Virus record (IMG/VR): IMGVR_UViG_3300015244_001400
Span: 1-64,000 of that record
From: a virus
Taxonomy: Duplodnaviria > Caudoviricetes
Direction: 5' to 3' (one strand)
DNA: 64,000 nucleotides
The position numbers were made by a program, and so were the translations under genes. Each line of letters begins with the position of its first letter. Position 1 is the first letter of the stretch. The notes below the pieces were generated by a model. The model was given only the letters and a program-made list of their open reading frames with translations. It had not been told where the DNA came from and did not search any database. Positions 17,678 to 24,733 of the stretch are shown here, one piece after another.

Positions 17678-17875
17678 ATAATTGTGGATTAAGTTGTTAA
17701 TAACTTTATTACTTAGGAGTTAAAATAACTTGATTGTTAAATTTATTTCCTATAACTTTGCCTCTCTGAGTTTCTCAGTCCATAGCATGGACAGGAATAA
17801 ATTCAGAATCACCTTCAGGTGGCTTTGGATATAGTTCTGAGTTTCTTTCTTTGGTACTTTCTTTCTTTGTAGTAT

Positions 17876-17911
17876 AAAAAGTAATCCTCTAGTCTTATGG
17901 CTAGAGGATTC
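17876..17911 (-). terminator. Intrinsic terminator
   Basis: AATCCTCTAG-CCATAAGA-CTAGAGGATT followed by ACTTTTT. Confidence 0.75.
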
Positions 17912-17918
17912 TTTGTTA

Positions 17919-18008
17919 TTACTTACAGATTGTTAGCATTGATACTAATAGTACAATGTAGATGGTATATACAGAGTATATAGCAAAAGATCTTAATTGT
18001 TCTTTCAT
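17919..18008 (-). CDS. Small hydrophobic peptide, 29 aa (MKEQLRSFAIYSVYTIYIVLLVSMLTICK)
   Basis: Not in the ORF track; ATG 4 nt after the upstream stop, ends right before a terminator; one TM-like helix. Confidence 0.6.
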   Translation of the reverse strand: MKEQLRSFAIYSVYTIYIVLLVSMLTICK

Positions 18009-18012
18009 GATG

Positions 18013-18225
18013 TTATTGTTTAGGGGTTACACATCCTTTATAGATGCAAATGATTAGGTTTACACATGATAATAGCATAAATGGTAGCCAATTAGGTAAG
18101 AAGTCTCTACTTCCTTCTAATGTGCCTACAAAGAAATAAGCTAAAAAAATGATTGCTGAAGCTACAAACCATATCTCCCACATAGTTTGTCTTGATTCTT
18201 CTGATAATGTTTTTGATTTTTTCAT
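18013..18225 (-). CDS. Small two-TM membrane protein
   Basis: Two hydrophobic segments; AATCCAAC leader motif. Confidence 0.7.
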   Translation of the reverse strand: MKKSKTLSEESRQTMWEIWFVASAIIFLAYFFVGTLEGSRDFLPNWLPFMLLSCVNLIICIYKGCVTPKQ

Positions 18226-18375
18226 TGTGTTGGATTAAATGATTGGGATTAATAATTGGGTTAAATAAACTAATGGCTCCCTGTATATGTGACAGCTTGC
18301 TTTTGTGTACCTTGTTAACTTAGGTGCATTCTTCATCTCCATTAGTTTAAATTTAAAATAAGGCTATTTATAAGG

Positions 18376-18597
18376 CTATTCTATTGCACCTAGATAAATG
18401 GTATCTCCTTCAGTGTATTGTAACATAACTGGTGTGCCATCTACTGGCATAGACTCAAGGTCATCATTCCAGATAAATACTGGAGGATGTTCTTCAGATA
18501 TCTCTAATTGTTCTTTAGTATCTAAATACATGTATATGTTTAGGCTTATTAAAAATGCAATTAAGATAGCTAATAAAGGGTAATAATTTGTTTTCAT
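18376..18597 (-). CDS. Small membrane-anchored protein
   Basis: N-terminal hydrophobic helix LLAILIAFLISLNIYMYL; AATCCAAC leader motif. Confidence 0.7.
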   Translation of the reverse strand: MKTNYYPLLAILIAFLISLNIYMYLDTKEQLEISEEHPPVFIWNDDLESMPVDGTPVMLQYTEGDTIYLGAIE

Positions 18598-18712
18598 AAT
18601 GTTGGATTTAATTGATTAACTGATGTTGAGAGCTAATTACCATATAGAGCCATTGACAGGTTATATGGTAATGAATTACTCTCTTGTATATTTTAAATAG
18701 GTAGTTATATTG

Positions 18713-19045
18713 TTATAGACTACCTAGTTTTAACCTGCTTTCTTCTATAACTACATATCTGTCTTTATAGATTGACTGAAGAATAGCTTCTATAAAAGCT
18801 TTTTCTACATCTGATTTATGTGCTTTTATAATGCCTTTAGAGCATTTAAGAGCAATAGGTAATAGATTATAAATGTCTACACCATTTTCATTAGCATTGT
18901 TACAAACAAAAGCTTCCCAAGTAACAACTTCTAAGATGTTATTTATAGATATAGTTGTATTGTAAAGAACAGTACAAAAATGAGGAAATTTAGCTTGTTT
19001 GTTATCTAAAGCTAGTTCAGAGTTATTGTCAAATACTGTTATCAT
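18713..19045 (-). CDS. Hypothetical early protein
   Basis: 110-aa ORF; AATCTAAC leader motif. Confidence 0.7.
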   Translation of the reverse strand: MITVFDNNSELALDNKQAKFPHFCTVLYNTTISINNILEVVTWEAFVCNNANENGVDIYNLLPIALKCSKGIIKAHKSDVEKAFIEAILQSIYKDRYVVIEESRLKLGSL

Positions 19046-19116
19046 AGTACTGTTAGATTTAAGGGTTAAATTAAGATAAAGCTATTATAATATATAAATC
19101 TAAATGTTGGGTTATT

Positions 19117-19166
19117 AAAAAAGAGCAAATAAAGGTGTATATGTTTTCTCACACACCTTTATTTGC
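19117..19166 (-). terminator. Intrinsic terminator
   Basis: GCAAATAAAGGTGT...ACACCTTTATTTGC followed by TCTTTTTT. Confidence 0.8.
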
Positions 19167-19183
19167 AAATAAAACAGAGATAA

Positions 19184-19459
19184 TTATAAAGTTATCTCTG
19201 CTGGATTGTAGATTACAATGGTCTTGGCAACATAATCACCTTGAGCTCCTTGTTTAGTTTGAGTATTCAAACCTAATGTGCTAATTGACTTATCAGCTGT
19301 AATTAAAGCTAATGTATCTTTGTGAACAAGTATTGCCACTCTGTTGGCATTATCCCAATGTTTTAACCAAGGTGTTTTATCACCACTTTCTGTAACCACT
19401 GTATTCAAGTTAATAACTTCAACACCTAATTCTCTTTTAATTTCAGCTAAATTTGCCAT
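19184..19459 (-). CDS. Early protein, paralog B (91 aa)
   Basis: Shares AEIK-LG, LNT, HWDN-NR, HKDTLA and K-GAQGDY with 19823..20098. Confidence 0.85.
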   Translation of the reverse strand: MANLAEIKRELGVEVINLNTVVTESGDKTPWLKHWDNANRVAILVHKDTLALITADKSISTLGLNTQTKQGAQGDYVAKTIVIYNPAEITL

Positions 19460-19479
19460 GTCCTATCTATTTTAAAGGA

Positions 19480-19507
19480 TTAATACTCCAAATAAGTGAG
19501 GGTTTTG
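19480..19507 (-). promoter_or_regulatory. Repeated phage-type early promoter, copy 4
   Basis: CAAAACCCTCAC-TTATTTGG-AGTATTAA, 20 nt upstream of ATG 19459. Confidence 0.7.
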
Positions 19508-19625
19508 AGCTGGGGATTTATATTAAGAGAGACATGACCAACTTCTCAACCATTTCTTTCTCTACTTCACCTAGGGTTTTGAAAAATAAACAGAGGTCAA
19601 GATGCTCTACTTCACTGTAAGGGTT

Positions 19626-19657
19626 AAAAAAAAAGAAGAGCTAATAAAGCTCTTCTT
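19626..19657 (-). terminator. Intrinsic terminator
   Basis: AAGAAGAGC-TTTATTA-GCTCTTCTT followed by a T-tract. Confidence 0.8.
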
Positions 19658-19718
19658 GTGCTGTAGCTATAATATCTATTAGGATATCAGAGTAGCTATC
19701 ATTTATCATGTCTTGCAT
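19641..19718 (-). CDS. Small acidic peptide, 25 aa (MQDMINDSYSDILIDIIATAQEELY)
   Basis: Not in the ORF track; bracketed by promoter copy 3, an AATCTAAC leader and a terminator overlapping its stop codon. Confidence 0.6.
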   Translation of the reverse strand: MQDMINDSYSDILIDIIATAQEELY

Positions 19719-19736
19719 GTTGTTAGATTTAATAGG

Positions 19737-19764
19737 TTAATACTAGTAATATGTGAGGGTTTTA
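19737..19764 (-). promoter_or_regulatory. Repeated phage-type early promoter, copy 3
   Basis: TAAAACCCTCAC-ATATTACT-AGTATTAA. Confidence 0.7.
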
Positions 19765-19780
19765 AGATTAGGTAAAGGTA

Positions 19781-19815
19781 AAAAAATAACACCAATAGAT
19801 TTCTCTATTGGTGTT
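19781..19815 (-). terminator. Intrinsic terminator
   Basis: TAACACCAATAGA-GAAAA-TCTATTGGTGTTA followed by TTTTTT. Confidence 0.85.
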
Positions 19816-19822
19816 AAGATTG

Positions 19823-20098
19823 TTACAAGCTAACTTCAGCTTCAGCTACAGCAACTATTCTCACAGCTGTATAGTCTCCTTGAGCCCCAGTCTTTGTCTC
19901 TAGCTGTGTAGCAAGATTAGGCATTGAAGGATTAGATTGGATTTTAGCCAATGTGTCTTTGTGTAAAGATACAGCTATTCTATTGGTATTGTCCCAATGT
20001 CTCATCCACTCTGTAGGTTGATTGTCTTTGTCAAGAGCAGTATTTAAGTTTAATACTGCGTAACCTAATTGACCTTTGATTTCAGCAATTGTTGCCAT
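19823..20098 (-). CDS. Early protein, paralog A (91 aa; true start MATIAEIK at 20098)
   Basis: Starting at 20098 gives the same length and N-terminus as paralog B; the ORF-track ATG at 20158 lies inside promoter copy 2. Confidence 0.85.
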   Translation of the reverse strand: MATIAEIKGQLGYAVLNLNTALDKDNQPTEWMRHWDNTNRIAVSLHKDTLAKIQSNPSMPNLATQLETKTGAQGDYTAVRIVAVAEAEVSL

Positions 20099-20147
20099 GA
20101 TGTTTGTTGAGCAAGTGTTTAATGTCCTTGCAATTAGACGGTTAGAA

Positions 20148-20175
20148 TTAATACTCATAATCAGTGAGGGTTTTG
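20148..20175 (-). promoter_or_regulatory. Repeated phage-type early promoter, copy 2
   Basis: CAAAACCCTCAC-TGATTATG-AGTATTAA. Confidence 0.7.
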
Positions 20176-20239
20176 ATGCGTAAGCATCAAGTCATAAGCC
20201 TATTGTTTTGATACATATAACATTACATTATATATACTA

Positions 20240-20350
20240 ACACAAGACAGTAGACACCCAAGCCTGAGCCCAGCAGGACACAGACAAGAACAACAAGACA
20301 AAGAAACTTTCAGTAGCCTCCAAGTCAGAACAGACCTAGACCTGTAGACT
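20240..20350. repeat. Non-coding AGAC/GTCT-rich low-complexity tract
   Basis: Seven AGAC copies (20245, 20252, 20282, 20296, 20332, 20338, 20346) with strong strand skew. Confidence 0.6.
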
Positions 20351-20418
20351 TGCTTCCCTTTTCTATAATAATATAGGCCAGGAAAATAACTGCTTTAGAT
20401 TTCACCCAGGGGGGCCTT

Positions 20419-20446
20419 GTAATCCTAAATATCAGTGGGGGTTTTG
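20419..20446 (-). promoter_or_regulatory. Repeated phage-type early promoter, copy 1 (variant)
   Basis: CAAAACCCCCAC-TGATATTT-AGGATTAC. Confidence 0.6.
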
Positions 20447-20552
20447 AACTAGGGAAGATCACACATCCATAAATTTTAAAAATTTTTTGAACTCACAGAT
20501 TGATTTTTAAAAAAAATTTTAAACTTGTAGGTTGATAGTTAAATTTAATTCT

Positions 20553-20560
20553 TAACTTTG
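20553..20560 (+). promoter_or_regulatory. Bacteroidota sigma70-type -7 box upstream of the late arm
   Basis: TAACTTTG fits the TAnnTTTG consensus, 21 nt before ATG 20582. Confidence 0.55.
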
Positions 20561-20581
20561 CTAAATATTAATCTGAACAAT

Positions 20582-20920
20582 ATGTCAAATAATCCTTTTC
20601 CTATAGGAGCTATTAAGAAGAGAAAGGCAGAGCTTAAACTTGAAACCCCTGAAGGGTTAAAAAGTATTTATCCTTTGTATCCTACTGTTAGGAGAGAAGA
20701 AAGAGAGGGTAAGGTATTCTTCAATACTTTAGTAAGGAAGAGATATGATGGACAATATCATTTGATACCTATGGAGTACTCAGGAGAGAGTGAAGCTAAG
20801 ACCATTCATGGGATTCATGCTATGGTTCATAGATATCTGATGCTAGGAGTCTTGACTAAACAAGATGTAATTGACAATGATCAGATTAATGAAACAACTA
20901 GACTAAAGAACATTAAATAA
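20582..20920 (+). CDS. Hypothetical protein (ATG at 20582 preferred)
   Basis: First ORF of the plus-strand arm. Confidence 0.7.
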   Translation: MSNNPFPIGAIKKRKAELKLETPEGLKSIYPLYPTVRREEREGKVFFNTLVRKRYDGQYHLIPMEYSGESEAKTIHGIHAMVHRYLMLGVLTKQDVIDNDQINETTRLKNIK

Positions 20921-20926
20921 TAAGTT

Positions 20927-21712
20927 ATGGCTGAAATAAATACTACAGTTAGTTTTAGACCTGAGATAGATGGTCCTTCTGTTCCTACCTATATGGTGTT
21001 GACAGGAGACTATTTAAGAAAGTTGCATATTTCTAAGAAGTATGGGACACAGGTAGTAAACTGGGTAGCAGAAGGAACAGACCCTTTATGTGTACCCGAA
21101 CAAGATATGAAAGACTTACTAGATGTATGGACTAAAGAAGCTGAGGTTATGTATCCAGGAGAGGGAGATCATAGAGTAAAGCTGCTAGATGAAGAAGGGA
21201 ATAGAATTCCTATAGGCTCTGTAGTAGAATTTATCATTGAAGATCTTGAAGTAGGTATTGAAACATGTGAGACTATAGTACCTAGTTGCCCAGATAGAGT
21301 AGTTGTATTCCAGATTTGTAATGAGAACAGCGTTACAGATGATAACTTTGATATCTTCTTAAACAATACTTATATAGGGGCTGTAGATTTGAGTCAAGAT
21401 GCTAAAGTTGGGTCTGTATTTATTGCTAGTACTAACCCTGCATTAACCCTTACTTCATCTGATTTTGCGTGTCCATTGCCAGGGATGGTAAATTACTTCT
21501 TTAACCCTAGTTTATTGCAAACAAGCAATACTATAGAGATGAGAAACACTCAAGATAATGGAGCAGGAAATCAAGGAACCGTTGGAATTAGAAACTATTT
21601 ATTAACAGGGACAAATTTAAGTGCCCCTTGTGTAATAGCTGATTTGTCTTATGGCCCACCTCCAGGAGGAGATGCCGTATTGAACTTCGACTATACACAA
21701 TGTTGTCCATAA
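20927..21712 (+). CDS. Two-domain protein with a Cys-containing beta-sandwich C-terminus; possible virion accessory protein
   Basis: Beta-rich C-terminal half (VVVFQICNENSVTDDNFDIFLNNTYIGAVDL...). Confidence 0.45.
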   Translation: MAEINTTVSFRPEIDGPSVPTYMVLTGDYLRKLHISKKYGTQVVNWVAEGTDPLCVPEQDMKDLLDVWTKEAEVMYPGEGDHRVKLLDEEGNRIPIGSVVEFIIEDLEVGIETCETIVPSCPDRVVVFQICNENSVTDDNFDIFLNNTYIGAVDLSQDAKVGSVFIASTNPALTLTSSDFACPLPGMVNYFFNPSLLQTSNTIEMRNTQDNGAGNQGTVGIRNYLLTGTNLSAPCVIADLSYGPPPGGDAVLNFDYTQCCP

Positions 21713-21722
21713 AAACTAAAGT

Positions 21723-22079
21723 ATGAAGATAATACAAAAAGGTATTGTTGGGCTAAAGGATGCTCAATATTATATCTATCACTTAAGCATTATCAACCCT
21801 TTTTTACCTATTGAATTGACTCCAAAAGAAAGAGAAGTTCTTGGTACATTCATGTCATTTAAAGGAGACCTTGCTGAGAAAGATAGATTTGGAACTACGT
21901 TTAGAAAGGAAGTAAAGAAAATGCTATCAATATCAGATGGCGGCCTAAGTAATCACCTTTCTGCTCTTAAGAGTAAAGGTGCAATTAGAGAAGAATTAGG
22001 TGGACTTATACAAATCGCATCTATATTACTACCTGAAGAAAAACAACAGTTTTATCAATTCAAAATAGTTAAAGAGTAA
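21723..22079 (+). CDS. Winged-HTH DNA-binding protein
   Basis: LTPKEREVL...RKEVKKMLSISDGGLSNHLSALKSKGAI wHTH pattern. Confidence 0.65.
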   Translation: MKIIQKGIVGLKDAQYYIYHLSIINPFLPIELTPKEREVLGTFMSFKGDLAEKDRFGTTFRKEVKKMLSISDGGLSNHLSALKSKGAIREELGGLIQIASILLPEEKQQFYQFKIVKE

Positions 22080-22408
22080 TGAAGTTACTACATCCTGATT
22101 TAATTGAAGAGTATTACGAGTCTATCAAAGACAAATACCCTGGCCTTACAAAAGAACAATGTAATCAAATTTGTAGTGCTCCATTTGTAGAAGTTAGAAA
22201 AGGTATCGAATCAGGACAATTCTTAACAATTAGATTGCAATTTTTTGGTACTTTTGTAGTCTATCCTAAAAGACTTTCTTATTACTTGAAAGTTTATAGT
22301 AAGATGTTTAAAGAGCAAAGAATAAATCCAGCTAACTATTTCAGAAAGAAAGAACAACTAGAATCAGCACTTAAAAGAAAAGAAGATGAAAGCAAAAGTA
22401 AACTTTAG
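22079..22408 (+). CDS. HU/IHF-like protein
   Basis: FVEVRKGIESGQFLTIRLQFFGTFVV resembles the HU/IHF core motif (I/V-x-L-x-x-FGTF). Confidence 0.65.
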   Translation: MKLLHPDLIEEYYESIKDKYPGLTKEQCNQICSAPFVEVRKGIESGQFLTIRLQFFGTFVVYPKRLSYYLKVYSKMFKEQRINPANYFRKKEQLESALKRKEDESKSKL

Positions 22409-22748
22409 TAACATTGTAGCATACATTCAAGGTAATGTAAGACACAAACTTTTTTACAGTAAAAGATTTAATTGGTTATTACCCTTGCACATATTTGAGC
22501 AAATCAACTACAGGTTATTTGTAATGAACAAACAGTGCTATTCTAATGGAGAATGTGTAGAGTGTGGATGTTCTACTCCAGCATTACAAATGGCAAACAA
22601 GACTTGCGGAGGAATCTGCTATCCTATTATGTTAGATGCACTTGACTGGATTCTTTATAAAAGAGAGTATGATATTGAGTTTAGATACTTAAACTTTTAT
22701 AAATCTAGAGAATTTGAATTAAGAATAACACATAAAAAAACAAGATAA
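22386..22748 (+). CDS. Cys-rich putative Zn-binding protein
   Basis: CYSNGECVECGC...CGGICYP. Confidence 0.6.
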   Translation: MKAKVNFSNIVAYIQGNVRHKLFYSKRFNWLLPLHIFEQINYRLFVMNKQCYSNGECVECGCSTPALQMANKTCGGICYPIMLDALDWILYKREYDIEFRYLNFYKSREFELRITHKKTR

Positions 22749-23041
22749 TGAGTCACTGGATAAACCCAACTGTAAATTTAGGAATTATAAAAGCAGGTTC
22801 TGCTAAGAGAATTGTTTTTCAAGCAACTGACACAATACCTACAATTAAAAGTATAGAACCTTACTGTGGTTGTACTGCTACAGAGTATAAGGAAGAAACA
22901 AAAGAACTAGTAATTACTTATAGTAACGGAGTAATTCCTCCTCAAGTAGAAGGTCCTCAAGCAACTACAAAAAGAATTGATATCACTTATGAAGATGATA
23001 CAGCTGATGTCCTTATTATTAACGCAACAAGAATCAGATAA
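22748..23041 (+). CDS. DUF1573-like Ig-fold protein
   Basis: IKSIEPYCGCTATEY signature. Confidence 0.65.
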   Translation: MSHWINPTVNLGIIKAGSAKRIVFQATDTIPTIKSIEPYCGCTATEYKEETKELVITYSNGVIPPQVEGPQATTKRIDITYEDDTADVLIINATRIR

Positions 23042-23619
23042 TGGCAAATAAACTTACCATAGGAGACTACTTAAGATTAGCCAAAGCTAACCCAACAGTA
23101 GAAAAAGAATTTGAATATTTCAAAGAACACATCTTTAATAGAACACTAGTTTGGGAAGGGGTAAAGAATCCTAAAGCAGGAGGTAGCTTACATAATGTAG
23201 CTGGAGATTCAGGAGGTTGGACTCTTTGGGGTATTGCCTATAATCATAATAAAGAACTCTTTAAAAACTTTGATGATTTTAAAGACACTACTTATGAAGA
23301 AGCTGCAGCTATAGCTTACACTAAATACTATAGAGCAATCAATGCTTTTATCCTTCCTCTTGAGGCTAGGTTAATGTATTTTGATACAGCCTATAACATG
23401 GGTAATGCTAGAGCAATCAAATTAATGCAAAGATGTGCTAAGGTACCAGATGATGGAATTATTGGGCCTGCAACTAGGGAGAAAATGCAGTATGTAACAG
23501 AGGAATGTCTTTACAATGCAAGAAACACAGCTTACAATAATTTAGTAAGAGTAAACAGAGCTTTAGGTAAATTCTTAAAAGGTTGGTTAAACAGATCAAT
23601 TGCAATATTCAAAGCATGA
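23041..23619 (+). CDS. Endolysin, glycoside hydrolase family 108, with a peptidoglycan-binding C-terminus
   Basis: WEG...GDSGGWTLWGI, YFDTAYNMG, DDGIIGPAT, FLKGWLNR. Confidence 0.85.
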   Translation: MANKLTIGDYLRLAKANPTVEKEFEYFKEHIFNRTLVWEGVKNPKAGGSLHNVAGDSGGWTLWGIAYNHNKELFKNFDDFKDTTYEEAAAIAYTKYYRAINAFILPLEARLMYFDTAYNMGNARAIKLMQRCAKVPDDGIIGPATREKMQYVTEECLYNARNTAYNNLVRVNRALGKFLKGWLNRSIAIFKA

Positions 23620-24026
23620 TGCTAACTAAAGCTGTAGATGTCAATCCTTATGGAAGACTACTACATATTATTATTACAGGTAATTTTAGTGAAGATTATC
23701 CTGCAATCAATAAGAAATACAAGCAAAACCTAGATGAAGATGACAATGTGTTAGGTATGTCTCAAATGAGAGGTCAACATCACATGATTGTTATTAACTT
23801 AGGTAAGCACAGATCAATTTTTAAAGGGATAGAAATTGAGTGTGAATTAGCAGATACTATTGCTCATGAAGCAGATCACTTATGTAATCAGCTTTTTAAA
23901 AGTATGGGAGCCACAGTAGATGTGAATAATGATGAACCACATGCCTATCTTTTAGGCTGGGTAGTGCAGCAGATTACCAGAGTTTACTTAAAATTTAAAG
24001 AGAAAGAAAATGGCAAAATGGTTTAG
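23616..24026 (+). CDS. Zincin-like (HExxH) metallopeptidase-fold protein
   Basis: TIAHEADHL and DEPHAYLLGW; ATG at 23616 overlaps the lysin stop (ATGA). Confidence 0.65.
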   Translation: MMLTKAVDVNPYGRLLHIIITGNFSEDYPAINKKYKQNLDEDDNVLGMSQMRGQHHMIVINLGKHRSIFKGIEIECELADTIAHEADHLCNQLFKSMGATVDVNNDEPHAYLLGWVVQQITRVYLKFKEKENGKMV

Positions 24027-24156
24027 ATTATACATTACCACTGTTTTTATTGATTTTCAAGTGGGAGTTAATGTAATTGGATTACCTGAGTATCACACAC
24101 ATGGGCTAATCATTTCAAAAAGAATCAAAGAAACAGATATTCACAAATACCAATAA
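24010..24156 (+). CDS. Small hypothetical protein, 48 aa (MAKWFRLYITTVF...HKYQ)
   Basis: Not in the ORF track; fills the gap exactly, ending 1 nt before the next ATG. Confidence 0.6.
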   Translation: MAKWFRLYITTVFIDFQVGVNVIGLPEYHTHGLIISKRIKETDIHKYQ

Positions 24157-24157
24157 C

Positions 24158-24733
24158 ATGAGTTTATTATTTACAGTAGAGAGCAAAGTAGTCTCTCCTT
24201 CAACAGAAGCTCTACTTATGTTCCCATTTCGGGATATTTGGGAGAGGGATGAATCTAAAGACAAAAGATATGCTATAGAAGACCTTTCTTATATTGAGTT
24301 CATGGCCTCTATTCAAAAGAGTAACCCTTATTCAGGTTATTCTGAAGATCAAAGAGCAGATAAAATTATTAAAGACATAATTACAAGAGCTGAGTGGGAT
24401 TCCCAAGATAGACTTTTAATTGCAGGAATTGCAAAATTAAAAGAGTTTCAGGCTGAAGCTTCAGTGACTTATAATTATTATATGGCTGCTAAATCTGCAG
24501 CTGAAAAGATGCAACAATTCTTTATTGGGTTTAGCATGAATGATGTAAATCTTAGAACAGGAGCACCAATCTTTAAACCTAAAGACATTACCTCAGCTCT
24601 TAATGATACTTCTAGAGTACTAGAAAATCTAAATACTCTTAGAGAAAAAGTTGATAATGAGATCTTTGAGGAAGTTAAAAAGAAAGGACAAAAAATAGTA
24701 AGTCCATTTGCAGACCCAAATAGTTTAAAATAA
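24158..24733 (+). CDS. Conserved protein upstream of TerL, possible terminase small subunit
   Basis: Directly abuts TerL; helical. Confidence 0.45.
   Translation: MSLLFTVESKVVSPSTEALLMFPFRDIWERDESKDKRYAIEDLSYIEFMASIQKSNPYSGYSEDQRADKIIKDIITRAEWDSQDRLLIAGIAKLKEFQAEASVTYNYYMAAKSAAEKMQQFFIGFSMNDVNLRTGAPIFKPKDITSALNDTSRVLENLNTLREKVDNEIFEEVKKKGQKIVSPFADPNSLK

Noticed and set aside
17739-17834. Calling this element a hammerhead ribozyme or c-di-GMP-I riboswitch
   Set aside because: CTGAGAA does not fit the hammerhead CUGANGA core and there is no properly placed GAAA/UH; the 5' GGCAAAC stem and P3 of c-di-GMP-I are absent. Kept only as an unnamed candidate
17775-17875. Protein-like open frame on the minus strand (TKKESTKERNSELYPKPPEGDSEFIPVHAMD*)
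   Set aside because: No ATG/GTG/TTG between the upstream in-frame stop and the body of the frame; it overlaps the structured element
20148-20158. ORF-track start at 20158 for the 111-aa early protein
   Set aside because: That ATG lies inside promoter copy 2; the ATG at 20098 matches the paralog's length and N-terminus
17325-20446. CRISPR array interpretation of the repeated 28-bp motif
   Set aside because: Spacing is irregular (hundreds to thousands of bp), whole genes lie between copies, and no cas genes are present
17341-20446. T3/T7-type single-subunit RNA polymerase system implied by the AACCCTCACT match
   Set aside because: No such polymerase gene in the window, and the T3 downstream AAAGGG initiation sequence is absent; treated as probable convergence
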